Shown: positions 11,311-23,127 of the stretch, piece after piece
How the letters are laid out: the number at the start of each line of letters is the position of its first letter
Position numbering within the stretch: the stretch's first letter is position 1
Origin: Adineta vaga
Lineage: Eukaryota > Animalia > Rotifera
Direction: 5' to 3'
DNA: 64,000 bases
NCBI GenBank assembly: GCA_021613535.1
Contig: CP075492.1
Span: forward strand, 13,454,001-13,518,000
Translations under genes and position numbers: made by a program
The notes under the pieces: generated by a model
The model's input: the letters and a program-made list of their open reading frames with translations, nothing else
Databases searched by the model: none
Told to the model about the DNA's origin: nothing

Positions 11311-14168
11311 TTAAGGACATAACGATGTTGTTGGTTGAATAATCAGACGTGTATCAACTGGAAAAGACAGAATATCATTACGTTTGAGAGTACCATTCTG
11401 TTGATTATGTCGATAGATCAGTGATCTACCATTATTACTATCCAACGCACGTACATTGAGATAATACATAGAATTTTCTATGGTTAAATCAAATATGGCA
11501 CCATAATACTTGATACCATGAAAAATGAGAGCATTTGAACTGTTGGGTAAACGAGGTGGTGGTGTTATGTCCAATTCATTCATTGTTAAACGAATACCAC
11601 CATAACCGAAGAGAACTGCTTGAAGAAAACCACCAGCACCTGTGATAAAATTAACAGCGCCAACACCTGATCGAGCTTCAGTCCATACCTAGAGAATAAA
11701 ATTACTTTTGAAAATAGTGAAAATAAATTCGACTAACATTAAATGGTTGTCGAACATAAGTTTCATAGGAACGTCGAAAGAGTTTTTCTGCTTCAACAAA
11801 ATCTTTCAATTCAATAAATCCAATAGCATGCATTGACCAAGTCATGGCTGGTCCATCAGGACGAGTGAGCTTTTCATAAGTTAATAAATCATTACGACGC
11901 ACCTGTTCAGTCATTGGCCACATCAAAGGAAAACCAAGAAGAACGACATCGGCTTGTTTTATACTAGCATTTTCTAAATAAATAACATCATTGCATACAT
12001 AATTGTAATTGTTCGTTAAGATTACATACTTGGATTGAAACCTTCATATTCTAAATGTATTTGAGCAACATCATCGAAAGGAAAATAAAGATTTCGAGCT
12101 ATATCAATCCATGTTTGTGGTACGACTTTTTGAGTAATACAACTGACTGAATTAGCTAGTTCAATAGAAAAGGAAGCAACAGCATTGGTAAATACGGAAT
12201 TATTTTTAAACGGTTGCGCATCTTCATCAGGAGGTAATACAGCTGAAATAAAAATATGAGAATTTTTATATTTTTATATGTGATCAACAGAGCTATCGTA
12301 TATACTCAAGATTTCATATTGTTGTCTACTGTCATTGTATATTGCTCTTGATGCCCAAAAACGTGCTGTCTCATAGATCAGATCACCACCCATTTCTGTT
12401 GTTAACCAATTTTGATCACCTGTTGCAGCAACATATTGTCTTGCCGCAAACGCAATATCACCAGTGATATGCATTTGATAAAGGCGAACTTCTGGACAAC
12501 ATTCCGGGGTGACATCCACTCCTGTACGTGCACTCTCCCAAGGAAATCTAATAATTGACATAGATAAAAAACGAAAAAATCTCAAGAATCCATTGAATCA
12601 CTTACCTCCATCCAACATATCCAAATAGTCGAGCATTATCTGCAGCTGAATCACGTAGAGCGATACGATATGAAAGTATTTCTTTTGCTAATCTGAAATA
12701 AAAACATTCTTTCGAAGTAAATATTGTGTTCGAACTTACGTTGGATAAAAAAGAAGTACAGACGGATACATCCATGTTTCTGTATCCCAAAACGAATGAC
12801 CACCATAATCTTCACCGAGGAGACCACCACGTGATAAACTTCCAGGACTAAGACCATAGAATTGCTTGTGTTCACTTTGTGTCGATAGTGCAGGAAGTGA
12901 ACTTAAAATATAATAAAAAGCCGAGTTAACTTGACGTTGTAATTCATCATCACCACGAATTTCAATACTTCCATTCGACCAAATATTATTCCAAAGAGAT
13001 GCATGTGTAGACCATAACTTATCAGGTTGACGTTCATTCGTTGCTATGTATAACAAAAGAAAAGCTTTAATTGATTGATTGATTGTACTTTTGAATTTCA
13101 CTTACCATAATCAAAGCTTACTTTTGCTCGCATTTGTTGTGTGTCGAGTGAAGTGACGAAAATATATGTATGAGTCGATTCATCGGCAGCAAGTTGTAGA
13201 CCATCTACAGGCAATGGTGTATAATACATGAACAAGGGTAAAACATCTCGTTGATATTGAGCATTTTCCACTTGACGTGTTTTTCCCGATACAAATCTTC
13301 ATATACAAGAATAAACGACATCTCTTGATAAAACATATTGTATTTAATACTTACACATGATTGTCATCACGAGAGACAATTTCAAAATCGAAATCAACAC
13401 TTGTCATCTGTTCATTTGCATCGACAGGTACAACAATGGTTTGTCCTACACGAGAAGAAGAGAAATAAGTATTTCATTCTATTTTTTTTTAAATGTCATA
13501 CCGTGAGATGCTAATCTAGTGATTACAATATAGTTGAGAAGTAATTCAGTATACTCTTGTGAAGCAAAAATACGACGTTCAATTCGAACTTGATTATCTT
13601 CAAGTTTTTCAATGAAAGTGCCTGATTTCACATCGAGTGAATACGATGATGTTGATGGCTTTATTTTGAATTGCCAATTCAATGTACTTGGAATACGTGC
13701 TCGATGACTAGTACCTATGTTAGATTATAAGATAGAATTGTTATTTAAAAAAATATCAAAAGAAACATCAACCATTTTCTCCATTATAAAGACCATTCAT
13801 ATAGATAAAATCACTAAAGATGACTGTTGCAATATGACCATTGCCTACATATGGCATAATACGATAATCAATAAGAGAACCATTGAACGGCAATCTACAT
13901 AAATTCATTTTATGTTATAGAAAATAATATGGATGGTAACAATGTCTTACTTATCCGTAGTAAATATTGTCGTCGATGCTGATGAATCAGATGATTTTTT
14001 ACTAGTTAAAATAAGAACTGGCGTAAGAATAGCTGCAACACAAACAATAATAATTACAACAGAACTAATTGTTGCGATTAGAATCTTCTGTCGTTTGGTA
14101 TATCGTTGACGAAATCTTTGAAAGCAAGTACTTTCGTTTTTTGTTGTTGATGATACATTAACCTGCAT
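11311..14168 (-). CDS. PGGHG: GH65 protein-glucosylgalactosylhydroxylysine glucosidase / acid trehalase-like; multi-exon, N-terminal TM anchor
   Basis: GHSFWDTETWMYP, FPWESA, HITGDIA, PPDE, KQADVVLLGFP, GPAMTW and NFITGAGGFLQ motifs over short-intron exons. Confidence 0.88.
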
Positions 14169-14391
14169 GATATTGTCTACTGTATACGAAATGACTATTG
14201 TCTTTTCAAGGATGATCTTTTACAACAGTACTGCGCACTCCCTATATAACTTATCTTCTAAGGACAATAAAGCAATAGATATTCAAGTGTAGTAAAAGTA
14301 TATGCACTTGAGAAGGAAACAATTTTATTGTTTTTCGAACTGAAAAGTACAATCACTCGTTTTTTTCTTTTAAGAGTAATTTTTTAAAAAA

Positions 14392-15330
14392 TCAATTGGA
14401 CTGAAAAATAACTTTCATCCAAGTTATACTCGAACCAAGATTAATTGTCGAGCCACATCGAAATCCACCGTCCCCTTGTGTTGGCCAACATAATCGAGAA
14501 CCTCCATTTGTTGATTCAGTATCACAAGGACCACGTATCACTGCATCATTACCACTTGCAAAACCCCATGAATATGAATCAGAAAAATACCATCCAATAC
14601 CATTCGCTTCATGCTTACAATTAGATGAAGAGCCACAATCGTACAGAACATCTGATCGATTACCTATTGCTGCTACTGTCAAGATTGTACTGCCAACTGG
14701 TCGACATCCAATTAATAATTTATCTTGATTGCATAGAGACAATATGCTTGCAATAGATAATGTATTTAATGGTGTTACATATGTTGCTGAATAGCATAAT
14801 GTCCATGAATTTGGAAGCGAGAGAAGATCCAGATTCAGTAGAACTCCACTAAGATAAAGTGTTGCTAGATAAGAAAAAAGAAATTATTATGCATTGAAAA
14901 GACTTCAAACTGAAACCTGTAGTAGTAGTCGATGTTGACGTTGTACTTGTTGTAGCTGTAGAGAAGAAATTACATACATATCGGAGAATGTAAGTAAACT
15001 AAATATCTTACCTCTAAACTTGTTTTCTTGAAAATCATACACAATTCTATCATTTGAACTGACAAGATTTGATTCAATCAATGGTTGACTATATAATATA
15101 CATTGAGAAATAATATTACTAATAAATACAGCAGTATTACACGAAAGAAAATGATGTGCACATTGAGCAGCACAGTCAAATTTATTTTTAATAGTCAATT
15201 GAGCCAGTGGAGGATCGGATGAATTATAATTCATTTGAGAATAAACACGTCCTTTCAATGTAAGTGATGGATCAGACGTACATATGTGAATGAGAAGACA
15301 GCAGACTGAAAATAATAATAGATATGCCAT
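14392..15330 (-). CDS. Secreted protein: PAN/Apple-like domain + Thr-rich mini-exon + unnamed Cys/Trp domain (copy 1); exons 15330-15012, 14955-14917, 14864-14392
   Basis: Signal peptide, CAAQC..C..AVF....C.LY motif and phase-1 introns. The last exon is homologous to 18974-19446 and 23128-23595. Confidence 0.8.
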
Positions 15331-16171
15331 CTTTCTCAAGTGAAATTAAATAATAAATGTTCTTTCAACAGTTTCCTCGTTCGATAAAATAATTAAAAAA
15401 AAACATTCATAAGAACATTTTCTATTACTCGATGACGTTTGAGCTCGGAAAAAAACAATATATATTTTTAAAAATTATTTCCTCAAGATGACAAGAAAAC
15501 AATCACAATGTATTTAGATGAAACTATTCGATTCATTATAAAGAAATTCTACTTCAAAATAATGCCACATGAGTATTTTTCATTTGTTTTTCACTATTAG
15601 TATATAATTCAACTTGACATCTTTTTCATTGGAAATTTTAATAATAATAAAATCTAGCCGTCTCATGTATTTTTGACCATCACCACTTTACTTCCATCTA
15701 TATTACTTCCGCAAATCATATTTGTTCATATGGATATAAAGAGTGCACATAAATCAGTATTTTCCTAGTGCGTAATATACAATTGACATTGATAAATGCT
15801 ATGTAAAAACAATGTTTAACCGTATCGGCATGACAATACAGTAAATATTCGATTTTTAATATCTGGGCACGAAAGTAGAACTTAATTTTGCTTCTCTTTT
15901 CATGCTTAACCGAATAATTGACCACTATCTTTTAATATACCAGAAAATAGTTTGTTTTGATAGATACACTTCTATACATTCATATCAATCTCTGATCGAT
16001 TTTCCGCATGAAAATATTTCATCACAACTCATTAATCTTTACATTCGTCACGCTCTCTTTCACAATGTATATAAACGAGAGCACATCCAACAGCAGTATT
16101 CGATTGTGTTCACATCTTCATTCACTTACAGCTTCGTCTTCTTCATTTATCGACAAACAAAACAAATTCTC

Positions 16172-16499
16172 ATGGCTTTCTACTCATCATACAACGTGTA
16201 TCCAAATCAAATGCAATACTATCACTCCTATAACTATGCTTCCTATTATGGATCTCCATACAATATGACAGGTAAGCAAAAAATTAGTTGAAAAAGTTCA
16301 TGAATAATGAATTGTATGTTGTTTTTTAGGAGGATTGTTTTATGCCGATGGAAAAAAGAAACAAAACGTTGAAGGTGAAGAAAATGGCGGTGGTGAAAAA
16401 GTTGGTGCAAAAGATGCACTTGATTTCCTCAAGCCTCTTTGGGAAAAAATTCTTGGCATGGTTAATTTCGAAAAACCATCCGGTATGCCCGCAGTTTAA
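16172..16499 (+). CDS. 89-aa microprotein with Tyr/Asn/Ser-rich N-half and amphipathic C-terminal helix; exons 16172-16271, 16330-16499
   Basis: A GTAAG...TAG 58-nt intron joins the frames; TATAAA lies ~100 nt upstream. Confidence 0.7.
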
Positions 16500-17274
16500 T
16501 CTTGTAATGTAAAAGCAACCGAATTCTTCAGAAGCTTCTGTCTGATTCTCTATAATTTAATATTAATGTTAACTTAAAATTTTAATAATGTCTTAATAAT
16601 TAATTAAATGAACTTTAAATCTTATATTCGCTGCGAATTAAACTTGTTTTTTTTATTGTATTTAATATTTAATATTTTTTCTTTTGCAAAGCTTCTTGTA
16701 TTTTAAAAATAAATTAAACGGCTAATGTTATAGATAAAATGGGATGAAAAATACATTGATCTGTTGTTCGCAAAAGTTAGACACAATTAAATTTCATTCA
16801 TAGCGATCCTTTGTGATTCATATCATCGTGAAAAAAGCACTGGCTTGGGAATATAATGATGTGGAGTAGTATGTTACCGAAGAAAATTTCACGAAAATGC
16901 ATTAGGCAATTGTTCATTTTGTTTTCATTGATAGAAAAGTTGAAACAGCAAATATTTGTCGATTCCCTATTCGAAAGTTCCGTTCATATATTTATCTTTT
17001 TCTTTTAATAAATAAGAATCATCATGTCATAATTTCATGATAACCAGAACATTAGTATTTATTCTATTTGCATCATAAAAGAATAATACTTTATAACGGA
17101 TTTTGTAATAAATAATCACGTTTATTTGTCAAATATCAGCAATGACAACGCACATGATACATTTATTTGAACAAATTTATGAAAACTTTCAAAAGAAATT
17201 TGCTAAAATAAAACCATGCATTTATTATATAAATTCTCTTACTATATACAACATCGTTTTCTAGATACAACTAT

Positions 17275-19446
17275 ATGTTACATACAATTGGATTAATTGC
17301 ACTGACACTTGTCATAGAAATATATTGTGGTAAAAATTTCCGCTCAATTTTGTTCAGATTAACGAAATAATATTATTAGTAGAGGCCACTTTTAGGAATA
17401 GATGTTTCACTGTAGAAATTTGAGAGTATGACATTGCGACTCTCGCAAATATTGTCATCGAATTGAAAAAGACGAATATTTTCTTTAATCATAGGCGTTT
17501 CATTCAATCAACCTAACTTTAGTTCATGTGTTGTATGGAATAAAAATGCAGTAACAGTGGCCAATATAACTTTTATTGGCCAGCACCCAACTGGTATTTT
17601 TGTGAATACTAAAAACGATCTATTTGTAACGAATCAACAGAACGGTCGTTTACTGATTTGGTACAACGGATCATCAACTATAAATAAAACGATTTTGACA
17701 AACGCTACCGGTTCAATGAGTATTTTCGTGGAAGATGATGACGATATCTTGGTCGATAATGGCTTTTCGAATGGTCGAGTCGACATGTGGTCATACAATG
17801 GCACTCTGAAAACATATACGACATTTATTAATAGCTCGTGTACGGGACTTTTTGTTGATGTTACCAGTAATCTTTACTGTTCACTGGCCAATCAACATCG
17901 TGTCTTTAAGCAAGAATATAAAATGAATTCAACAATTGTAACTGTGGCTGGTACTGGTTGTCCAGGACCTGTTCAACACATGCTTGACAATCCACATGGT
18001 ATATTCGTTGATGAACACAATAACTTGTTTGTAGCTGATACTTATAATAATCGAATTCAATTGTTTTCAGTGGGTCAACGGGATGTCACTACAGTTGCAG
18101 GTTTTGGAGCAACGTCTTACACATTTATATTAAAGAAACCAACAAGCGTCGTTTTGGATGCCAGCGGATTTCTGTTTATTGTAGATAGTGGAAATCATCG
18201 AATTGTTCGATCTCTAATAAATGGATTCGAATGCTTGTTTGGATGTTTAGATGAAAATGGTTCGTCAGGTAGCCAATTGAATAGTCCACAAGCGATGGCT
18301 TTCGATGCAAATGGTAATATACTTGTAACAGATTTTGGTAATCATCGAGTCCAAAAATTTATTTTGATACAAAATTCCTGCAGTATGTATTTTCATCACA
18401 AACTAAGAGTAAACATGTGACTATGAATTAAGCGTATGAGATGAACTAGTCGACAGATCATGCAGTATTGCAGATGCTTAATCGGAAAGAAAGTTTCATT
18501 TTTATTATATTCTGAAAACATTTTGATTTTACGCAACAATATATAGTATAAGACATCAGATAATTATGGTCTTAACATACTCACTCTTATTGTTCCTATA
18601 TACTAGTTTGCGATTCAAGATTGCAAAACATCATAGGAAATAAATTATTGTCGATAGAATGATAAGGATGTTACACTTATTCTTTTACTCTCTATCAAAA
18701 TGAAAGATAGTGCAGACCATATGATTATAGTGTTATGAAATCACCAATATATAATTGAACAGATATATTAATTATTCAGCAGAAAATTTATTATAGACTT
18801 TTTTTGATAGAGACAACTGCTACAATCACAGCTAGTAAGTACAATGTTTCATTTCCTAAACTATATATAGTGATAGATACTTTAGCAACAGCAGAGACTA
18901 CATCATCAACCGGCAAAGGTCTGTATGAGTGTTTTGAATGACTTAATAGTACGAAGATATGTCTTTCATCTAGCATCATTATCTCTCGATGGAGTTCAGC
19001 TAAATCTCAATCCGAACTTACTACCTAGTGGATGGTCACTATGTTATAATGCAACATATTCGTCCATTATGAATTCACTCATTATTACCACGGTATTGTC
19101 TTCATGTAACAAAGCCAAATTATTACTTGGATGTCGAAAAGCCAAAAATGAAATTTTGGCTGCTGCAGCAATGGGTAATCGAGCTGACGTTCTTTATGAC
19201 TGTCGTACCACAAGCAGCTGTACTCATGTAGCTAATGGTGTTGGATGGTATTTTTCTGATTCATATTCATGGGGTTTTGTAAACGGTAACGATACAGTAT
19301 CAAGAAGCAGTTGTGATATCCAAAATACAAATGCTGAGTATCGTTTATGCTGGCATACCAAAGCTAGTGGTGGATATAGATGTGGTGCAACGAGCGGTTT
19401 GAATTTGGATACAAACTGGGAGAAGATCATCTATCACTCTAACTGA
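17275..19446 (+). CDS. Secreted NHL-repeat beta-propeller + Thr-rich mini-exons + unnamed Cys/Trp domain (copy 2); exons 17275-17329, 17495-18382, 18811-18834, ~18877-18918, 18974-19446
   Basis: Signal-peptide exon and NHL repeats (PHGIFVD..NNLFVADTYNNRIQ; PQAMAFDANGNILVTDFGNHRVQKF). Linkage to the last exon via phase-1 introns is inferred. Confidence 0.78.
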
Positions 19447-20360
19447 CCTATTTAAAATAGCTTAATTTTTTTGATCTTTTTGTTTAATGAAACCTGACTT
19501 GTATTCAATATTTCTGTTCACACGAGTCTATTCTTCTCTGATGATAATCATTGTTAATTTATACTAACTCTGAATATAAATTACACTAAGATCAAATGAA
19601 TTATGCGTATCATGTAACAGTATATTGCTTCTTTGCAGTATTACTTTTTTTGTAGCACGACACTCTGTGAATTCTTGTTGATTGATATCAACAAAAATTT
19701 GATTCGCGTATATGCCTTATAATAATGTCCCATTGGAGATCAACAATCATGTCTAAAATTGTCTCTTCATAATAATGAAGTTTTTACTGATGCTTATCGT
19801 CAAGAATCTTTATTAACATCTTTCTAATCTTATCTGAGTACTTTAAAACTCATAGTTAATCTTCTATTTTTAAACAAAAGTTCTATAATGTTACAAATCT
19901 AATATCTCATTGTGATATTAAAGAAAAAAGAAGTGTTTTGCATACTTTTCTCATCTATGTTTGACAAAAATTCTTTCTCAAAAACTTCGATAAATAAGTC
20001 TTAATTTCCGTGCACTGGTAAAAGCATAATAACAGATTCGAATTGTAGTTTTATCGATAAGCGTTGAAATTCATACATCAAAATTATTAATAATAACATT
20101 TTGTGCGAAACTCTTTGAAACAACTAGGTTTTTTCATAAGAGGGAAAGGTAGTTGATTGTTTATGGGTTATTATCATATGATTCATCGTACTTTATGGTT
20201 ATTCGAGCCATTTTACGATTTCTCCTCTACTGCCGCATGTTTTCGTTCTTTCCACATATTTGTGTTTAATATGCAAATAAGAAACGCATGATTCATGATT
20301 ATTCATTTTCTTCCGATGTATAAAATAACTACTTTTCTAACACATTCTTCACTTTCAACG

Positions 20361-20601
20361 ATGGCTAAAGAAGCACAACAACAACAACTTGTGAGAGTGT
20401 TGTATACTTACAATGCAGCTCATGCTGATGAATTAACTATTCATCCAGGTATGTTGATTATATTAATTTAAATCGTTTCATCTTATGATATGTATAGGCG
20501 ATATTATCATAGTATTTGAACGTCGAGCTGATCAATGGTTTAGAGGTAATTTACATGGCAAAGTGGGATTATTTCCAGGAAACTATGTACAAGAATTGTA
20601 A
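20361..20601 (+). CDS. Stand-alone SH3 domain protein, 63 aa; exons 20361-20448, 20498-20601
   Basis: Splices to MAKEAQQQQLVRVLYTYNAAHADELTIHPGDIIIVFERRADQWFRGNLHGKVGLFPGNYVQEL*; TATAAAA lies ~40 nt upstream. Confidence 0.88.
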
Positions 20602-20978
20602 AAATGCTGTAGTCTTTCATCTTTATATTTTTTCTGATTTGTTTTCATTTTCCGATTGTGTGACGCTCTTTGCATGATGGATACGTGAATATGAAATATA
20701 AAAGATTCGTTAAGTTTTCCATTATTTCTCATATATATTAAACATCATAAGTTTTTTAAGAGAATTCTTTTGCTTTACTTTGTCTATCATCAAATTCCGA
20801 CTGGGATTAGCACACTATCTTATTACTGAATGTTCATCATCATCGTAGAATACTTTCGATTAGTTTATTAGAAATGTACAATAATAAAATTAATTGAGAG
20901 AAGGAAACAGATGTATAGTTTGGATTTTATTTTGAATCAGAGTAAGAAGTTTTAAAGGAATGGTGGATAATCAGAAAT

Positions 20979-22403
20979 TCATTGAAAGTTAACAAACTTT
21001 ATTAAGGCTTGTTTTTCAACTGATATTGTTGTATTGTAGCGCTCACGATCGTTTAATTCATTTTCTAAGATTTTATCACACGCGTCTTTGTGCATGGTGA
21101 ATATGAAGCATGGATTTCGAAAGCCAAGACGTCTTATTTCTTGAATCAAACGTGCTCCAGCATTGTACGCTGGATGTTCATTGTCACGATGCATATCAGT
21201 AACAATACGAAATGTATCACGATTCTTTAGAATTTGACCAAATGGCGATCGAAGAAATGAAAGTGCATTTTCTGTTGATGATTTCGGAATAAAATGAACA
21301 TTCTTATTCAATTCTTTTGCTGAGGCATATTCCATATGCATTTTATTTTCCCATTTTTCGTTAAATATTTGATCATCAACCCATAGAACAGACCATGACG
21401 AAAGACCTAATTCAACTTGACGCATGTATATCGTATGTTGAGTTCCATGATGACTGACAGAATGTTTGAAAACCAAGAATGTAGAATGTGGTAAAAATAA
21501 AACTTCATCTTCCTCAGGATAATTAGAAAATTCTTTTATAGCTCGACCAGTCAAAGAGTAAATCTTGAAAACTGTATTACGAGTAGCAAAATCTGCATTA
21601 GTGGCAACTTTTTTGCCCTTTTTTGAACTACTAAATTGAATCCATGTAATTAAAGCACCAGCAGTATAAAGTTCTAATTCAGCATCATTTAAATTACAAG
21701 CTCGTGTCACATAACCCCAGTAGTATGGTATTTGTGAAAGAGCTTTAACTAAATAGTAAAGTATAATTGATGCTTCACTCAATTCTTGTACTGTTTTTTC
21801 GTCAATAACTACACCATTACTTTGTCGAGCGATGAGACTTGCACCTCGACTACAAGCTTCACTTTTTGATCCTGTATAAAAGGAAATAGCAAATGATGCA
21901 GCTAGTGCTTCATCTTGTGATAAACCTTTGGCAATAAAATGATGACTGGAATTAGCAGCACGTACATCATGTTCAGCAATAACATTGTCGACATTAATTC
22001 CTCTTCGATTTTCATAATGACGACAGATTTCTCTAAGTTTTTTTAATGATGCTTTTCTACCCATATAACTTGAAAGTGCACTACTAAAATTATCCTCATA
22101 AACGAAATGTTCATTACGTGCATCTACCAGTTCTTCTGAACTATGCTCTAATTTCATATGTTCTAAAGCGAATTCAACATCTTCACATTCCATAACAGCA
22201 ATACTCTCAGCAGCTCCATACCCTTTCGCAGCTATTTCTCCGCATGCTTCTACCATATTCTTTAATTTGCTTAATTGTTTTTTATCGTTCATGAAACCAA
22301 CCACGATCATATAACAATCATGTGATAGACGATGTTGTGCCGTTGCTGTACGTGGATTAAATCGTGATAAATCTGAGATGATTTCATGAACAGCTCGTGG
22401 CAT
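20979..22403 (-). CDS. R-S-E class mono-ADP-ribosyltransferase with C-terminal receiver-like domain
   Basis: Catalytic triad motifs YVTRA (R), QFSSS (S) and YPEEDEVL (ExE); C-terminal VLWVDD...IVTDM...FIFT. Confidence 0.85.
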   Translation of the reverse strand: MPRAVHEIISDLSRFNPRTATAQHRLSHDCYMIVVGFMNDKKQLSKLKNMVEACGEIAAKGYGAAESIAVMECEDVEFALEHMKLEHSSEELVDARNEHFVYEDNFSSALSSYMGRKASLKKLREICRHYENRRGINVDNVIAEHDVRAANSSHHFIAKGLSQDEALAASFAISFYTGSKSEACSRGASLIARQSNGVVIDEKTVQELSEASIILYYLVKALSQIPYYWGYVTRACNLNDAELELYTAGALITWIQFSSSKKGKKVATNADFATRNTVFKIYSLTGRAIKEFSNYPEEDEVLFLPHSTFLVFKHSVSHHGTQHTIYMRQVELGLSSWSVLWVDDQIFNEKWENKMHMEYASAKELNKNVHFIPKSSTENALSFLRSPFGQILKNRDTFRIVTDMHRDNEHPAYNAGARLIQEIRRLGFRNPCFIFTMHKDACDKILENELNDRERYNTTISVEKQALIKFVNFQ

Positions 22404-23127
22404 TATTGGATAGTTCTTCTAAAATAAAATACAAATTTCTACAAATTTTTTAAATCAACACGCCGCACTATGTTCGCGCATTCCTCTTTCTTCTCACAAC
22501 AACATGATGTTTTTCTTCTCAGACATCATTTCAGTGTTACTTTGCCTGAATCTTGATGTTTTTTTTCTTTTTCTTTTTTGTTTCTATAAAAATAAAAAAC
22601 TCTTGAGTGGATAGAGAATGTTCGTCTTTTTTCACTTTCAAATCGACATTTTACATGCTAGATAAGAGAACATAGACGTAGAATTCTTTTCCGCGAAAAA
22701 TAATACGAAATAAAACATCTACAACAATCGAATGAAGAGATTGAATAATTTCAGTTCTCTCTCACGAAAGTTGATACTTCTCCTGGCTATTGTCGTCAAT
22801 TAGAAAGAAAGTTGTTCTGTTATTATTCACAAGGTCGAGAGAATTTGTCCTTTTTCTACTGAATATGTCTTATTTGATTAATTGAAAAACTATCTTCACA
22901 ACTATGATTAATCGCTTCATTCAGTAGATATCAATATTCATTTCATACTACGTGCAGCTAGATTATATTAGTTTTAGTATGTTTTATTAATTTATTGTAA
23001 GGTAGAGAAGGTCGAGAAACGATCTCTTATTGTAGATCGAATAATAACTACGATAAAATTCTTTAAAGTGAGAACTTCGAAGTAAAAGTAATGAGTTGTC
23101 TTATCCAACATAAGAAGTTGACATCAA

